Shown: one piece after another, positions 14,001-26,086 of the stretch
Layout of the letters: the number at the start of each line of letters is the position of its first letter
How positions within the stretch are numbered: the first letter of the stretch is position 1
Source of the DNA: Balanoglossus misakiensis
Taxonomy: Eukaryota; Animalia; Hemichordata
Direction of reading: 5' to 3'
Assembly: GCA_040954595.2 (NCBI GenBank)
Contig: CM082576.2
Coordinates: forward strand, 7,691,129-7,755,128
DNA: 64,000 nucleotides
Notes under the pieces: generated by a model
Seen by the model: the letters and a program-made list of their open reading frames with translations, nothing else
Databases searched by the model: none
Told to the model about the DNA's origin: nothing
Position numbers and translations under genes: made by a program

Positions 14001-15149
14001 TTTAACTTGACTGTCTTTTTTTTTTTGGGGGGGGGGGGGTCACCATTCTTGACAAAGTTTATCTAGTAAAAATGCTGACAGATGTAGTACAGGTATTGTG
14101 TGAACGACAATTGAATTGTCATGTACAGTGTACCTACTGGTACAAAGGGCAACGTGTGAGCATGACTATATTTAGATAGGAAACCCCCCACTCTGCCACC
14201 TGTTGGCCTACAGATAATGTGTGCATGCCAATGTATATGTAAAGTGTGCAATTCCTAAACACGACTCTTTAATTTTTTTTTTTACTTGTGACATTGCAAA
14301 CGAAGTCATGTTTTCGTGGTAAATCTTGGACACTCATTGTTCAATGACCATGGGAGTATACAAAACATGCTTTGTCATGATTATTAATGATGAGTAATGT
14401 ACTGTGTATAGATAAGATATATTTAGGTCAGTAAGTTTAAAGGTCAATGACTCTTATTATTCAGTTTAAACACTGAGTAGTATTTATGAGTTTGAAATAT
14501 TAGTTTTTCTATTTTAAGGAATTTGGCAGGAGGGGGCTGACGGCTCTGATGTGAATGCAGTGTGCAGATCTCATGGTCGCACAGTCATTGCCACAGGGGA
14601 TGACTTTGGCAAAGTTAATTTATTCAAATATCCGTGCTGTCAGCCAAAGGTGAGGGGTCGATGCAACATTTTTACAATTTTCACACTTTTTTCGCCATTT
14701 TTCCCCGAAATTTTAGACCAAGTGGACATAATTTCCAATTCTGTGCATGTTTTGATCAAAATGTTAGAATAAAAAGGTAAAAGTTGTCAGTTAAATTTGT
14801 GAGGACAAGTTGACTATGTTGTTGGAAGTGTTAAACAGATATGATGCAAATATTTCATGGAATGAAAGTCTCACAACTCTAGATGATGGAATAACAGTTC
14901 AATAAACAGCTTTTAATTTTAATTGGCCTTTCCATGTACGGAATTTGGTATTCTGGATTACCGGTACTACTTAGGGGATCTTTTTTTACATTTAACTTCT
15001 ATTTTTATTCACCCCACCAGTCACATTGCAATTCGTACAGCGGACACAGCAGCCACGTGACGTGCGTGCGGTTTCTGAAAGAAGACGCCAGACTCATATC
15101 TGTAGGCGGGAAGGACATGAGTATCATGCAGTGGAAGTTATGCAGTTAA
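2091..15149 (+). CDS. EML1: Echinoderm microtubule-associated protein-like (EML1-4/EMAP type: N-terminal coiled coil, basic linker, HELP motif, WD40 TAPE domain); multi-exon, 5' end incomplete
   Basis: Phase-compatible GT-AG exons: 2091-2240 (DLLDGDTAERVTILEKTVAQQADDIVCLKTALADVVRRL, trimerisation coil), 4856-5048, 5455-5517, 5746-5774, 6783-6909 (VKIYLRGR...PEEKLKLDWV), 7108-7257 (YGYRGRDCRNNLHLLPTGEVVYFIAA, HELP), 7391-7466, [8319-8414 possible cassette], 8856-8957 (PHVRIWD), 9083-9187, 9310-9444, 9638-9737, 10376-10791, 11033-11189, 11498-11595, 13088-13175 (GHSSFITHIDWS), 13876-13968, 14519-14649, 15021-15149 (GHSSHVTCVRF...IMQWKLCS stop). Symbol denotes the EML1-4 co-orthologue. Confidence 0.95.
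5640..5653 (-). promoter_or_regulatory. CTCF-like motif in EML intron
   Basis: Reverse complement CCACTAGAGGGCGG fits CCASYAGRKGGCRS. Confidence 0.5.
6910..7107 (+). other. U12-type (minor spliceosome) GT-AG intron in EML
   Basis: Donor GTATCCTT at 6910; U12 branch-like TCCTTCAC at 7086-7093, about 15 nt before CAG at 7105-7107. Removal joins ...LDWV|YGYRG in frame. Confidence 0.9.
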
Positions 15150-16999
15150 TCTTCCGAGAAAACGAAATATAGAGAACACAGAAAACTATCAGGAAGGAGA
15201 CTCCACTGCCAAAGAAAGTTAATCCTGGATGAGGATGCGCTTGCACAATATACAATATAATATGACTACCGTTTTTTGAAGCCGAATTCTTCCAGTTTAT
15301 ATCGATTTACAAAAACTGATATCAGAGCTTTGACCTCAAAGTTATTGTCTCATCACCACTACTTACCCGACTGACTTTTTTTGACTTTGTTGGTTCTGTC
15401 CAGCCTCATGGTTCCCTCCTCTAACCTGGCTTTACACTGTAACATCAGGTCCCCCCCCCCTCAACCAAAGTGTACTCTCCTCAACCCCCAGAGTCCCACC
15501 CGCACCCCAATACATACACCCCCATATCCCTCCTATCCAATACATGTATCATAACCAACTCGACTCGCATGATTTGCGTATGTGAAGTCCCTGCAAAACT
15601 TTGTAGATTTACTTCATACTCTGCCTTCTGTGAAGTAGACATCGCTGTACAGATTGTTTTTTGCTCTAATTTTGTCGTATTTTGGTTTATATCGTTAGCG
15701 TTGAATAGTTTTATCTGAAATTACGTTTCTGTAAATTTTTGCTTGTTAAAGTTTACTTGCTGTGTTGCATTATATATTTTGTTCTTGTAAAAGTTGTCTC
15801 GTCAGCTTTCCATTAACAACAGCTGGTCTGTCAGGATTTGACATGCCAGATGTGTCGTTTGTCGTTCTACGCATTCATCCATAGCGCATCTGCGATATAT
15901 TCCTGTTTAGTGTGATACAACAGATGTGCAAAGCCTATAATTTGTCTAGACTTTGTACGTGCTTGTTCTGTTGAGGCCACACAGAGAAGATTTCCTCCCA
16001 AGTTGAGAAGTACAAACCCTGAGAGAATATTTTCCCCAAGTCAAGTGTAAACCCTGACAGAACTCGACTCTGCGAACACATCATGATTTTTAATGTCATC
16101 TACCTCTGTCCCTTTCTAACCATTTTCAAACGAAACCCTGCTGCTTCTTATTTTTTAAGGGTTGTATTTACCAGTACATGGGGCGATTCCAGTATTTTTA
16201 GGGTGTTGTGTTTTCTGTTAATGGTAGTTTAAATACACCACATTTACGCTAGAAATTCACACATCAAAAGGGGTCATGTGATGGTGTTGATCATTTTGAC
16301 GGAATATTTTGCAAATATACGGTAGGCCCAAGTTAAAAAAAAAATTCAAATTCTCATTTTGTGATCTTTCTATACGTCTGTAACAATTCATAATTGACAT
16401 GAATAAAACTTCTCTTAATACAATATATACATATAAATTTTTTTTGCAAGCTATAATACAATAAATTTATATATTATGTTGATAATGTTAAAAACACATC
16501 TATAAATACAGGTGGTAAGAACATATTATACAACACAAGGTACCCTACTCTACTGTTCCTAGAGAAATAAAAATGCCTTCTTTAAAAGTCTTCTGAATCA
16601 AGTGTTCTACACCACTGATTTACTTTTGCTTTAACGGATGCATGGCATTTATAAATGAGAATATGGGACTATTGTTTATTTCAACAAATGGCAACCTGCA
16701 GTGTTGCATGGTCTCGCAATCCTGCAAATTTCAGCATGTTTCCAAACTTTGTGGACATAGAGCCATAAACTGGGTGAAGGAATGTCTGCAGATTACTTTG
16801 AAAGCAGTCTTAATTGAGTTGTAACATCCAGTTTACTGTATGTAATCATGATTCAGGTGCAGGTACAACATAATTTAAAGAAAACACTATAAAAAACGCC
16901 AACCTACTGTAAGTAACTTGTAGACCTAAGGCACGCACGCACATACACACACATTCACGCACATTACACATCTATGTACATATACGCTACATTACACAT

Positions 17000-19130
17000 T
17001 TACAATTTGCAGCCTGACATTAAAGAGTCCTTCGAGTCAGAATTCCCATCTTCGCACGAGGAGAAACCCGACTCCTGCACAGGATCATGTTGAAGATGAG
17101 GGTTATGTTCAGCTCCGACTCCAGCGCACGACTCGTCGTGTTGGCACTCATCTGTCCCATCCATGTGTTGGGTGTCGCCATGTTTGTTTGTAATAGACTT
17201 GAGAATTGTTTCTTCGGAATCCGTCCGCTTTTCCTCTAACATCGATGCTGAAATAGAAATACATGTACAATGATTACCGTATTTCATTTACTATAAACAA
17301 CCGTCTGTTTTGTTTTGTTTTACTCTTAGACGACATCACAAATTACAATAAATTTTGTCAACTGGAAGAATTCAACTCTTAAAAAAGCCCTGTCAGCTAC
17401 AACTAGATAACATTTTTAAAGGTTTAAATAACATTCCTTTAATTCTGTCTATTAAATGATATTGCCTGATAGTATATCAAGATAACACGTATAACTGACA
17501 AAATGGCCAAAAAAGAAAAGCAATACCAGTACAGTCGTAAACTTCAACATTTTTTTTAAAAGTGTACTATTGCAATGAATTATGAAAATTAAATGTCTCA
17601 GTGGAGTACATTTACTTCAATGTGATTTAGTAGATGAGATTATGCTTGGTTTATGCAGTTTCATAGTGGGAAATGCAATAATTTCACTGTATTTTGTATT
17701 TTTTCAAGGTGGCGGCTATATTTCTTTGCGGTAAAGCATTATTATTTATCTGGTTAAAACTTGCATATGCACTCATACTTAGGGTCTATAATACTTGTAT
17801 ATACTTCAGTGCATACATCTGTATGGGTTAATATTTGTAATGTAAATCTAGTTTTCTTACCTTGACTGCCATCGTCTTGAACGGCGTCTCCAGACGAGTC
17901 CCTTTTTGGGTTCCTTCGATGTCGACTTTTGTAAATCAACAGAAGCAAAATAAGCACAAACAAAACGAACGCCACGGCAGCCACCGATGTCCCCGCAATA
18001 ATAGAGGAAGAGATCTTCTTATCAGCGCCTGTACAATAGAGTTAAAACGTGGCGATATTTAAACACTAGTTCTGTCACTAACTTTGAACAGGACCCGTTA
18101 GAAATCTGATTTACATTTTGCGTACCTTTATTGACACTTTCATCATCAACTTCACCGTCAGGGTATGCGACTCTGGGTATCTCTGGTCGTGACGTCACAG
18201 ATGTTGTAGTAGATTCCCGGGGTTGAGACCGAGAACCAGGACCTGTATACGTAGTTGCGCCTCTTTCCGTAACAATGCGACCTGGCAATAAAAAGTTCAC
18301 GAGATTTTAATTCAAACTATAGATTCTTTAGTGCAATGCATTGCATTACTTTGCATGACATTGAATAGTCCATGCACAAAATCAACATTCCTGACATTGA
18401 CTAAAGAACGTGCACTACAACGTGCATACTGTTTATCACCATTGCTATTTTTTACCAGCCAAATGATTAAGGTTTTGTACTATTCCCCATTTTCCAACAC
18501 CACTGGTGTCTGATCATAAAATATCCCCTTTTTGTTAAATACCTAGAAAATGCAGCAATTGTTTCATACACTCACATGTTTCGCAGCCGATAGGGTAAAA
18601 ACGAAGTTTCGTGCACAGGTGGCAAGATACACATCCACCTAAACCATCTGAAAACTCGCCGTCTTTGCAGCGGGCAACTTCGTCTGTCTTTGGTGGCGGT
18701 GTAGTAACGTCCTGAAAACTAGTACCTATAAATGTTGTTGCGAAGAAAAGAAATGATGAAAACTCATGAACCCGGTCACGCAAAATTCAAAGACCCAGGA
18801 CAAAACTTCTTTAATTTAATCAGTATGCATGTATATGTATCTATATCACATAGTTATTCGGCTTCCGACAGCTATAAATCATTGCGTGTCCTAAAGTGCG
18901 TAAATAGCAAAATGTTCTTGGTTTTGATGCATGCAATAAATCTGATTGTACTTACATTTTTGACAACCTCGACTAGTAAGAAAAATCTGGGATTTACAAG
19001 ACGAACAGGGTAGACATGACCCTAAACCATCAGGAAATGTCCCGTCTTTGCATTCAGCGTCCTTGCTATCGTTTGGGGAAGCTACTGCCACGACGAGCAG
19101 GATTAATACCAACAACTTGGATCGCTTCAT
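17000..19130 (-). CDS. TNF receptor superfamily-like type I membrane protein (BCMA/TACI/Grindelwald-type CRDs), about 298 aa, no death domain
   Basis: Five phase-1 GT-AG coding exons: 19130-18956 (signal peptide MKRSKLLVLILLVVAVA; CRD1 CKDGTFPDGLGSCLPCSSC...GCQK), 18725-18576 (CRD2 CKDGEFSDGLGGCVSCHLC...GCET), 18281-18126 (S/T/P-rich stalk), 18028-17861 (TM IIAGTSVAAVAFVLFVLILLLLIY then KSRHRR), 17247-17000 (acidic tail with PVQES). Total 897 nt in one open frame. Confidence 0.85.
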
Positions 19131-20925
19131 TCTATTGTACGGAAGAAAGTTTTCATAAAGCATTAACGTGGGTTGTGCTAGTGCACATGCACACTAGTGT
19201 GTGTGTAGTGGGGGGGGGGGTGTCCCTGGCTTTAATGACTGGTGCCCCTAGTTTATGGTGGGGGTGAACACAGAGAGTGTATGCAGATATGCACCACCCG
19301 AACATGAGCGACCTACAACACGGAATTGCTGAACTACTTTTTTTTTCTTTGCAAACAATATTGACCGGACGTGTGTACCATCATGCGCCATCATGAACCA
19401 GTGGAAGAGCTTGAAAAATTACATAGACATGAGAGTGAGATGTCCAAACCCATAACCAAACGATATAGCAACATCCCTTTCGGGGATTTCTGGGACTCGC
19501 CCCTGTGACTAAACGGGAAATGACTTTTCAGCACACCTGTTTGCTTCGTTTCATTACACACAATGGCAAGATAATGTGATATCCGACTGATAACCTAAGT
19601 TTCAACTTTTACGCCTCACCTTTATTGATACCTGATCTATATTTAATGTTGAACTGCCGATCAGGCCAGAGGTCATGCACTTGCACGAATCCACTTGAAG
19701 CTTTAATCACTCTTCGTCTGTAAAATATGAAACGAACTGTGTGATCACTTTATCGAATTCACAGACACAAGAATGTGTTAAGATTCTATAATTCCCCTTC
19801 TGGCATGAAGCCAAAGGTACAAGTTAGACCATAAGGGGAAGACCCGTAACCGTGTGTTTTTCTCTTGGCACAAACAGAGGAACCTTTGTCTGTAGAACGG
19901 AACTGTTTATCGGAAACATTAGATCGGGTCCACCATGTACATGTACTTCTAGCTTTTAGCGAATCGGCAAAATCTAAGTCGTGCTATTGTTAGTTTTTGT
20001 TTAAAAAAACAAGAATCAGTAGAAAGGGTCTGATATGAATCAGGTATGCCAATAGAGCGGCCGACTGGCTGATCGATCGATCGATTGATCCCATTGCATC
20101 GTAGAATCTTATCATTGACAAAGAAAATAATTGTGTCATACTAGTACTATTAACCCAACGTGTTAAATGAATGTTTTGCTCTTATAAACATAGGTAAAAT
20201 CGGGAATATTCGAAGCAATGAAAACAAGCCAATTTTGACATAATGCAGAACAGCCGAGTGGTTTCAGTAAAATTAAGAACTTGGACGTTACTGGTAGAGT
20301 GAACTTTGGCTCATGATCAACTAGATCTCCGTAGAGTACTTAAAGGGTCCCTGGTGTGACCAAAAGCCACCCGGAAGACTGGCGTTTGCGGTTTAAAGTC
20401 TGGATGACTTCTAGTCGTGCGTGCACGCACACATCCGTTAGATCGTTCAGTTCGGCCCAAAATCTCGGACAATTCAGTGGATGTACCACCGCCCCCATTG
20501 GACATGCCGACCCCCGCATTTTTAGATATACAATGCTATAATCTCCGTGGAAACATGCACGCCTTTGCAAAACTTTAGAGAAACGTAAAGGTCTACATAC
20601 CAGTAACTTTTCCAACTTCAGAAGTTCTGTCGAAAAGTTGAGATGAACACTTGTATGTCTACTGTGTAGCATGAGCTCTTGAAAGCCACCGCCGAACCGA
20701 TGCAGTCCATTTGCAGAATAAAGTAAAGCCTTTTCTTCAATATTCTTCTGTCAGTGATTAACCTCAATGATGTATTAAAGTATCGATGCTATTTTTGTCT
20801 TAAAGGGTATTCACGGCCGTAAGGATGGTGTAATCGTCAAATTGCGCGAATGATGTCACATTCACTGTGTAAACAGACGTAGTCTTTTGTTCAGGTTGCC
20901 ACAAACAATGCCATTCTTTTCAAGT

Positions 20926-20935
20926 GGAATTCCCC
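20926..20935 (-). promoter_or_regulatory. Consensus NF-kappa-B site upstream of the receptor gene
   Basis: Reverse complement GGGGAATTCC matches GGGRNWYYCC. A second match, GGGGTTTTCC, lies at 21427-21436 (-). Confidence 0.45.
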
Positions 20936-21519
20936 AGGTATGCGCGCATCGGTGAAGACCTCCAATGTGATCGCCTAAAATTTAAATCAGTGCATGGGTA
21001 TACTTTCCAGCTTATCTTGTAAAACGGTGACTGATCTCATTTCATCCGGCCGAACTTTATGCCTTGAAGTTATGATTGTATGAATCACCTCGCACAAAGA
21101 CATGGTTCTCACTTTTATAGTTTCTTGTATTGCATGCACAAATAAATTCCAATTCAGTATAGCCTAGGTGCTGTGGTCTGATTACCGATTTTTGGCTACC
21201 GATTCAGCGATACTGCCATGGAAAAAAATCTCCCACCATGGGCCACTGCAGTGGAGTGACCGCGTATTCAATGTGACACACATTATAACAGTTTCAATGG
21301 CCCACATTTCGCTTGCCCTTGATGGAATGTGCCCTCTGCACACCCTAGATATAAACACTTGGATATAAAGTACAATAGAAAAGACAATTGATATAACGAC
21401 AACACACACGTCGTCAGAGTAAGACTGGAAAACCCCTCCGTCGTGTATAATCAAAAACGTCGACAAATACGGCTGTTGAGTGTTGTGCCCGACACATACC
21501 AGTATATCTCTTAGGTCAC

Positions 21520-21865
21520 ACTTTAGTAAATCTTTGGAACTTGTACTTTGTTGACATCATGGTATACGATCGAACGCACGAGTAAGCACACACGATCAAT
21601 CATGACAGTTTTCCCGTTTCTCGTATATATGTTTGTTCGTATGTAGCGTGAAATAGTTTTAGCAGAAAGAATGCTTTCGTGAAGCTTTACAAGTTTCGTT
21701 GTTTCGTATATTGCTTTGCCACAACAGCTGGTCTGTCTGGGCAGACATTTAGTCGGAGTTTATCTGTTGCGCACTTATTCATATCTAGAGTAATGAGGTA
21801 GCCGTATCAAATAATCTGTGCTTAGTACACATATGCTAAGCAATATTGGATACCACATTGAGAAC
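21520..21865 (+). repeat. Diverged direct copy of EML 3' UTR segment (about 15598-15990)
   Basis: Exact 17-mer ACAACAGCTGGTCTGTC at 15816 and 21721, plus collinear blocks such as TAGCGTTGAATAGTTTTATCTGAAA vs TAGCGTGAAATAGTTTTAGCAGAAA and CCACACAGAGAA vs CCACATTGAGAA. Confidence 0.75.
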
Positions 21866-23091
21866 CCTACTCTGTTGTGGTACAGGTGTATATAGTATAG
21901 GCAGTGTAAATATAAAGCACAGAGTGTGCAAGTTTTCCTTCCATTGGGTCAAAGTCTACTTTTGGCCAAATAGTCATGTCAAAACTACAACGTTTTCAAG
22001 TGGGCGTGCATATGTATACCAAGACTTTCAACCAAGTGTATCTGCATGTGGTCGACAATTTTGGTAGAATCAAAACAGCGGTCTCAGTCTACATTATTCG
22101 CCATGAACTTCCAGTAAATTTCAGTCCATCGGGCTCAACAAGGTTTTCATGAAACAAAGACAAATACGCAAGAAACTGCTATGGATGACTTTATTCTTTT
22201 TTTCATCGTCTTCATGAATGTAAAGAATAAACTACCGGGGGAGGTGTCTGGGTAACGTACCACGCGAGGCGTTCGAGAAAAAAACACGTTGCAGTGTACA
22301 CGAATATAAATTTTGCAGTCATTGTGTATACTTACAACTTTAACATCCCTCAGGAAATGCCGGAGACTTGCAGTTTGGGCACGATCGAAAAAAATCCAAC
22401 AGAAACACGTTTTCCAACAACATCAGCCCACTGCAACCATTCAGTTGCACTGTGTAAACCCATGACTACAGATAAAAACACGAATATTTCATGGTAAAAT
22501 TATAAATACACACGATTTTCATGCATGATCAAGTATCGTGAAGATTTTTAACTGTGCAATGTGAATGCTCTTGTGTCTGTGAAAAGAGGAAGTTCCTGAA
22601 GGCAGATTTTTACATATGTGCAAGCTTTGAACTCGTTTATTCAGGAAAAGCAAATTTAGCTGTATGTATAAGTCATGTGGTTTCTTTTTTCTTTTTCTTG
22701 TACAAAAAATGACAAAAATGCCGGAGGAAACTGTAAATACAGCCTCAAATCACTTTATGCGGTTTGATTAATGGGGGAAAAGTGCCAAGCTTAACGCTTT
22801 CGTCACGTGATACGACAGGGACCATTTTCTGGTTACTCTGGGCACACATTGTTATACAGTATACAGTCGGGCGTGAACGTGCCATGTACACTTGTGGATT
22901 TCCATGCGTTACAGTGTAAGACAGACAGAGAGACAGACAGATAGGGGAGTCTCAATCATTTTCCAAAAGACGTATCGCCAGAAAAATTGCCTTTAATTAA
23001 TTGGTTTATTTGAAGAACAGTCAATGCAACAAAGGAGAGAGTACAAACAAGGGAAATTTGCCAACTGTTTGCACGCAAAGACGGATAATGA

Positions 23092-23273
23092 GGAAACCGT
23101 ATCACTGAAGAGAATCTGGCCAGGGGTCGGGATTGCTTGTACATATGGAGTGATGCTGCTGCTCTGGAGTTGTCCAACGGCAGCAACGGATGGTTCCGTT
23201 TTATCCTGGATGGGAAACTGGCTACTATGTATTCCAGTGGGAGCCCGGAGGGGGGATCATACAGATAAGTAGC
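23092..23273 (+). pseudogene. Inverted, disrupted copy of one HECTD1 exon (source 51106-51297)
   Basis: 23115-23259 matches the reverse complement of the HECTD1 exon with 4 mismatches in 145 nt. The copy has TGG>TGA, a 5-nt deletion and a damaged donor, but retains intronic TAAGTAGC. Confidence 0.95.
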
Positions 23274-25664
23274 AACGTTTCTTCATTTACGTGTTAGATG
23301 TCGGTCGTTTGTGCCGAATTACCCCACACACGCAATTTACCGTTATGTTTAGTCTTCATGGTGTAGGCGGTACATAATCGTAATGATGTTACAGGTGTTC
23401 TGTTCTAATGCATAAGATTAATAAATGTGCATATAGACACATTGTCAATTCTCTGTGTATGTCGTTGAATACTGCCGCAACACAAATCAAAAAGTTGTTT
23501 ATAGTTCGGTGTATCCATGGGCAGGTTTATTTCTGCTTGCGAGCTTGTCTGCCATCCTCGAGCTCACAAATACCAGTGGATTTTCAAGTGGTGTAAAAGA
23601 AGAAAATCACACCCGGGAAGAGTGTATGGCATCAAAATGATGGCGCATGTACAAACTTGAATGTATACGGGACGCCATATTATGCTTATAATTCTTTTTT
23701 GTTTTCAGGATCCAATATCTTTGACCCCTTTTGGATCGTTTTAGGGCCTAATGTCATTTCATTTCGGGAAAAATATCTTGCAGGGTCACTTAATGACCGA
23801 ACCGGGTTGAAATCAGACGTGGGTATGATCCCGGTCTTTTACCGCTTTTCCGTATATTCTCTGTTTCTGTTGTTAGGACTGGTCCACTTTCAAATGTAAT
23901 GAACACCGGATTGCGCCGAAATCCTCTGACCCTCCCTTTGTAATTAATGAAAGCTCCCTTGTCACGAGCTTTTGCCGATCGCACTTCTGTTACGCACGTT
24001 GCTAGATTGTTGACTGGACTCTCTGTTTGAATTGACCTCATGAACGTGTTCTCGTGCTCCACAAACCACAGTCCCTTCATACTGAGCAAACAATGGTACA
24101 AACTACTTAGAGGACGTCTGAGACCAGATGACGTCATGGTACCGGTGCGGTACGTCGCACGACCAAGCAATGTTTCCAGCCACGGATATGACATCAGCGG
24201 GCGACGTCGACAGGTCTTTCAAAGTTAACACATTTCAAGTAATGATAAGAAGTTATAAAATACAGTGCTGTCCAATCTGACGTGCATGTGACAAGTTTCA
24301 GCCGCATATGGCCACCACTGACTAATCATTATCGTATGTTGGGGTCAAAAGGCCAATGCGTCTCCCTGACCTCTGAATATTCTTCATCCAACTTTAAAAA
24401 GGTGTCCTTGTATTAGCCTACACGTCTTTGATGACCACACCCAGGCAACAGTACCGGGCAGAAACGATCGAACTGATGCCCTAGGGAACAGTTCGAAATG
24501 ACTAAGGTCACGTGACGGCGTATTGACGAATCACGATCGAGGGTTCGCTGCATGTTGTGTAATAATAATTACAGGAAACACTCTCCAGAGTGGAAAGACC
24601 CTTGTGTGACATCATATAGCCAGGCTATGTAGTACAGCATCATTAAGCGAACACTGAAGTGACGTTGCACGTTGGTCCTGTAAATGCAGCACATCAATGT
24701 TTCAGGTAAGTACGAATAGGTTATGCTATTCGCACTGTTATTGCGAACCTGAGTCGACATTAGATTTATATAATAACACTATGATCACGAATCCGGCATA
24801 ATACCTGAGGTATTATATAATTATATATTTTATGTGATATTAATACATTTATGAATACGAAGAATATGATTTGATAGATCTATTTCCACTCATCATTTTA
24901 CTTATATTATTAATTAATTAATTAATTAATTGCAAATTTGGACGTTTAAAGAATTATGAAAAAATCTAAATTGGATAACATTCATACAGGAAAAGATACC
25001 TTCGTTTGCCCCATATTGTAGTCAACTCTCTTCCACCGTAATTGGCTTTCAGAACACACCTCATGCCGAGTCGTGTTTTCTAGAATCAGGAATGGTTTAG
25101 ATAGGACAGGAAAATAGAATGACTAAGTCTATTTCCCAAAGGGAAATAGTCACAACAGTTATTAGTATTACCCCCCTTTTTATTTAGGCTTTCTATAAAA
25201 ATGCATGAAGTTACTAAGTTATAAGACAAGCCAAAACATCAGTAAATCCATAGCAAACAAAAACCCTTCGGAAACATGACAAGATAAATTTTAACCGAGT
25301 ATATACATTATGCGTCCGAAATTTGGTACCCGTCCGGCAAATGGCGTAATGGGTGTAGTCAGTCCCTATGGTGTAGTGAGAGAGGGATTGTGTCTCGGTG
25401 TAGTAGTGTGTGAACTACGCTGGATCTGACTGACAGTTGCACTGTGTCAGAGGACTACGTAGCTCATACCGACTCACTTGGTCAGCCAGTAGACTCAGCC
25501 CCACTACACTCGCCGCAGGATTGAGCGAACACTGGCTACAACCTGTTGGCTGCAATGTCAATCAGGTTAAAATCAGACAAACTATTGAGGGCGCAACAGT
25601 GTACACTGGCCGCAAGTCCAGTCAGCCAGGCGCGTCAGTCTTTTTAGACTATTTGGTTATGCCA

Positions 25665-25835
25665 AGATAGTACTTATTCTTGACAAAATGGCCAAACAAT
25701 TTTGAGGAAATATCAGTACAGTTGAAATTTCCCGCAATTTTAAAAACTGCGAAATATTGAAATGAAAATGCAATATCTAAGTACAGTATATATACTTCCA
25801 CGTATAGACTTAAGTGCATTCATCTGTATGAGATA
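25665..25835 (+). repeat. Diverged copy of a segment of the receptor's last intron (about 17478-17640)
   Basis: Shared TGACAAAATGGCCAAA (17496 and 25681), AATA(C/T)CAGTACAGT, and ATGAAAATTAAATGTCTCAGTGGAGTACATTTACTTC vs ATGAAAATGCAATATCTAAGTACAGTATATATACTTC. Confidence 0.75.
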
Positions 25836-26086
25836 TTCATTTAAAAAAAAGATAATTATCCCCAAAGTTGCAGCTCATGGGCAGGAGACATAGTCATGCA
25901 GAGCTAGAGTCTCCCTTCACTAACTGCATCATTCCAACCAGGTATAGGGTGATAAATTACAGATTTATTACAGGCAAAGCCATCGTTACTGCTGTAATGT
26001 AGATATTCCACAAATTAAATCTTATCACTGTCAAAGTCGGTCGCATCGTCTTCCCATGAGTACAATTTTACAAGTGGAGCTCGAAA

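Noticed and set aside
17003-17011. Receptor C-terminus CKL matches the PTS1 peroxisomal signal
   Set aside because: The protein has a signal peptide and TM helix, so matrix import is implausible; a tripeptide match is weak evidence.
21182-21466. Minus-strand ORF with hydrophobic VCVVVISIVFSIVLYI as a possible second TM exon
   Set aside because: No convincing splice sites, partner exons or similarity to the receptor.
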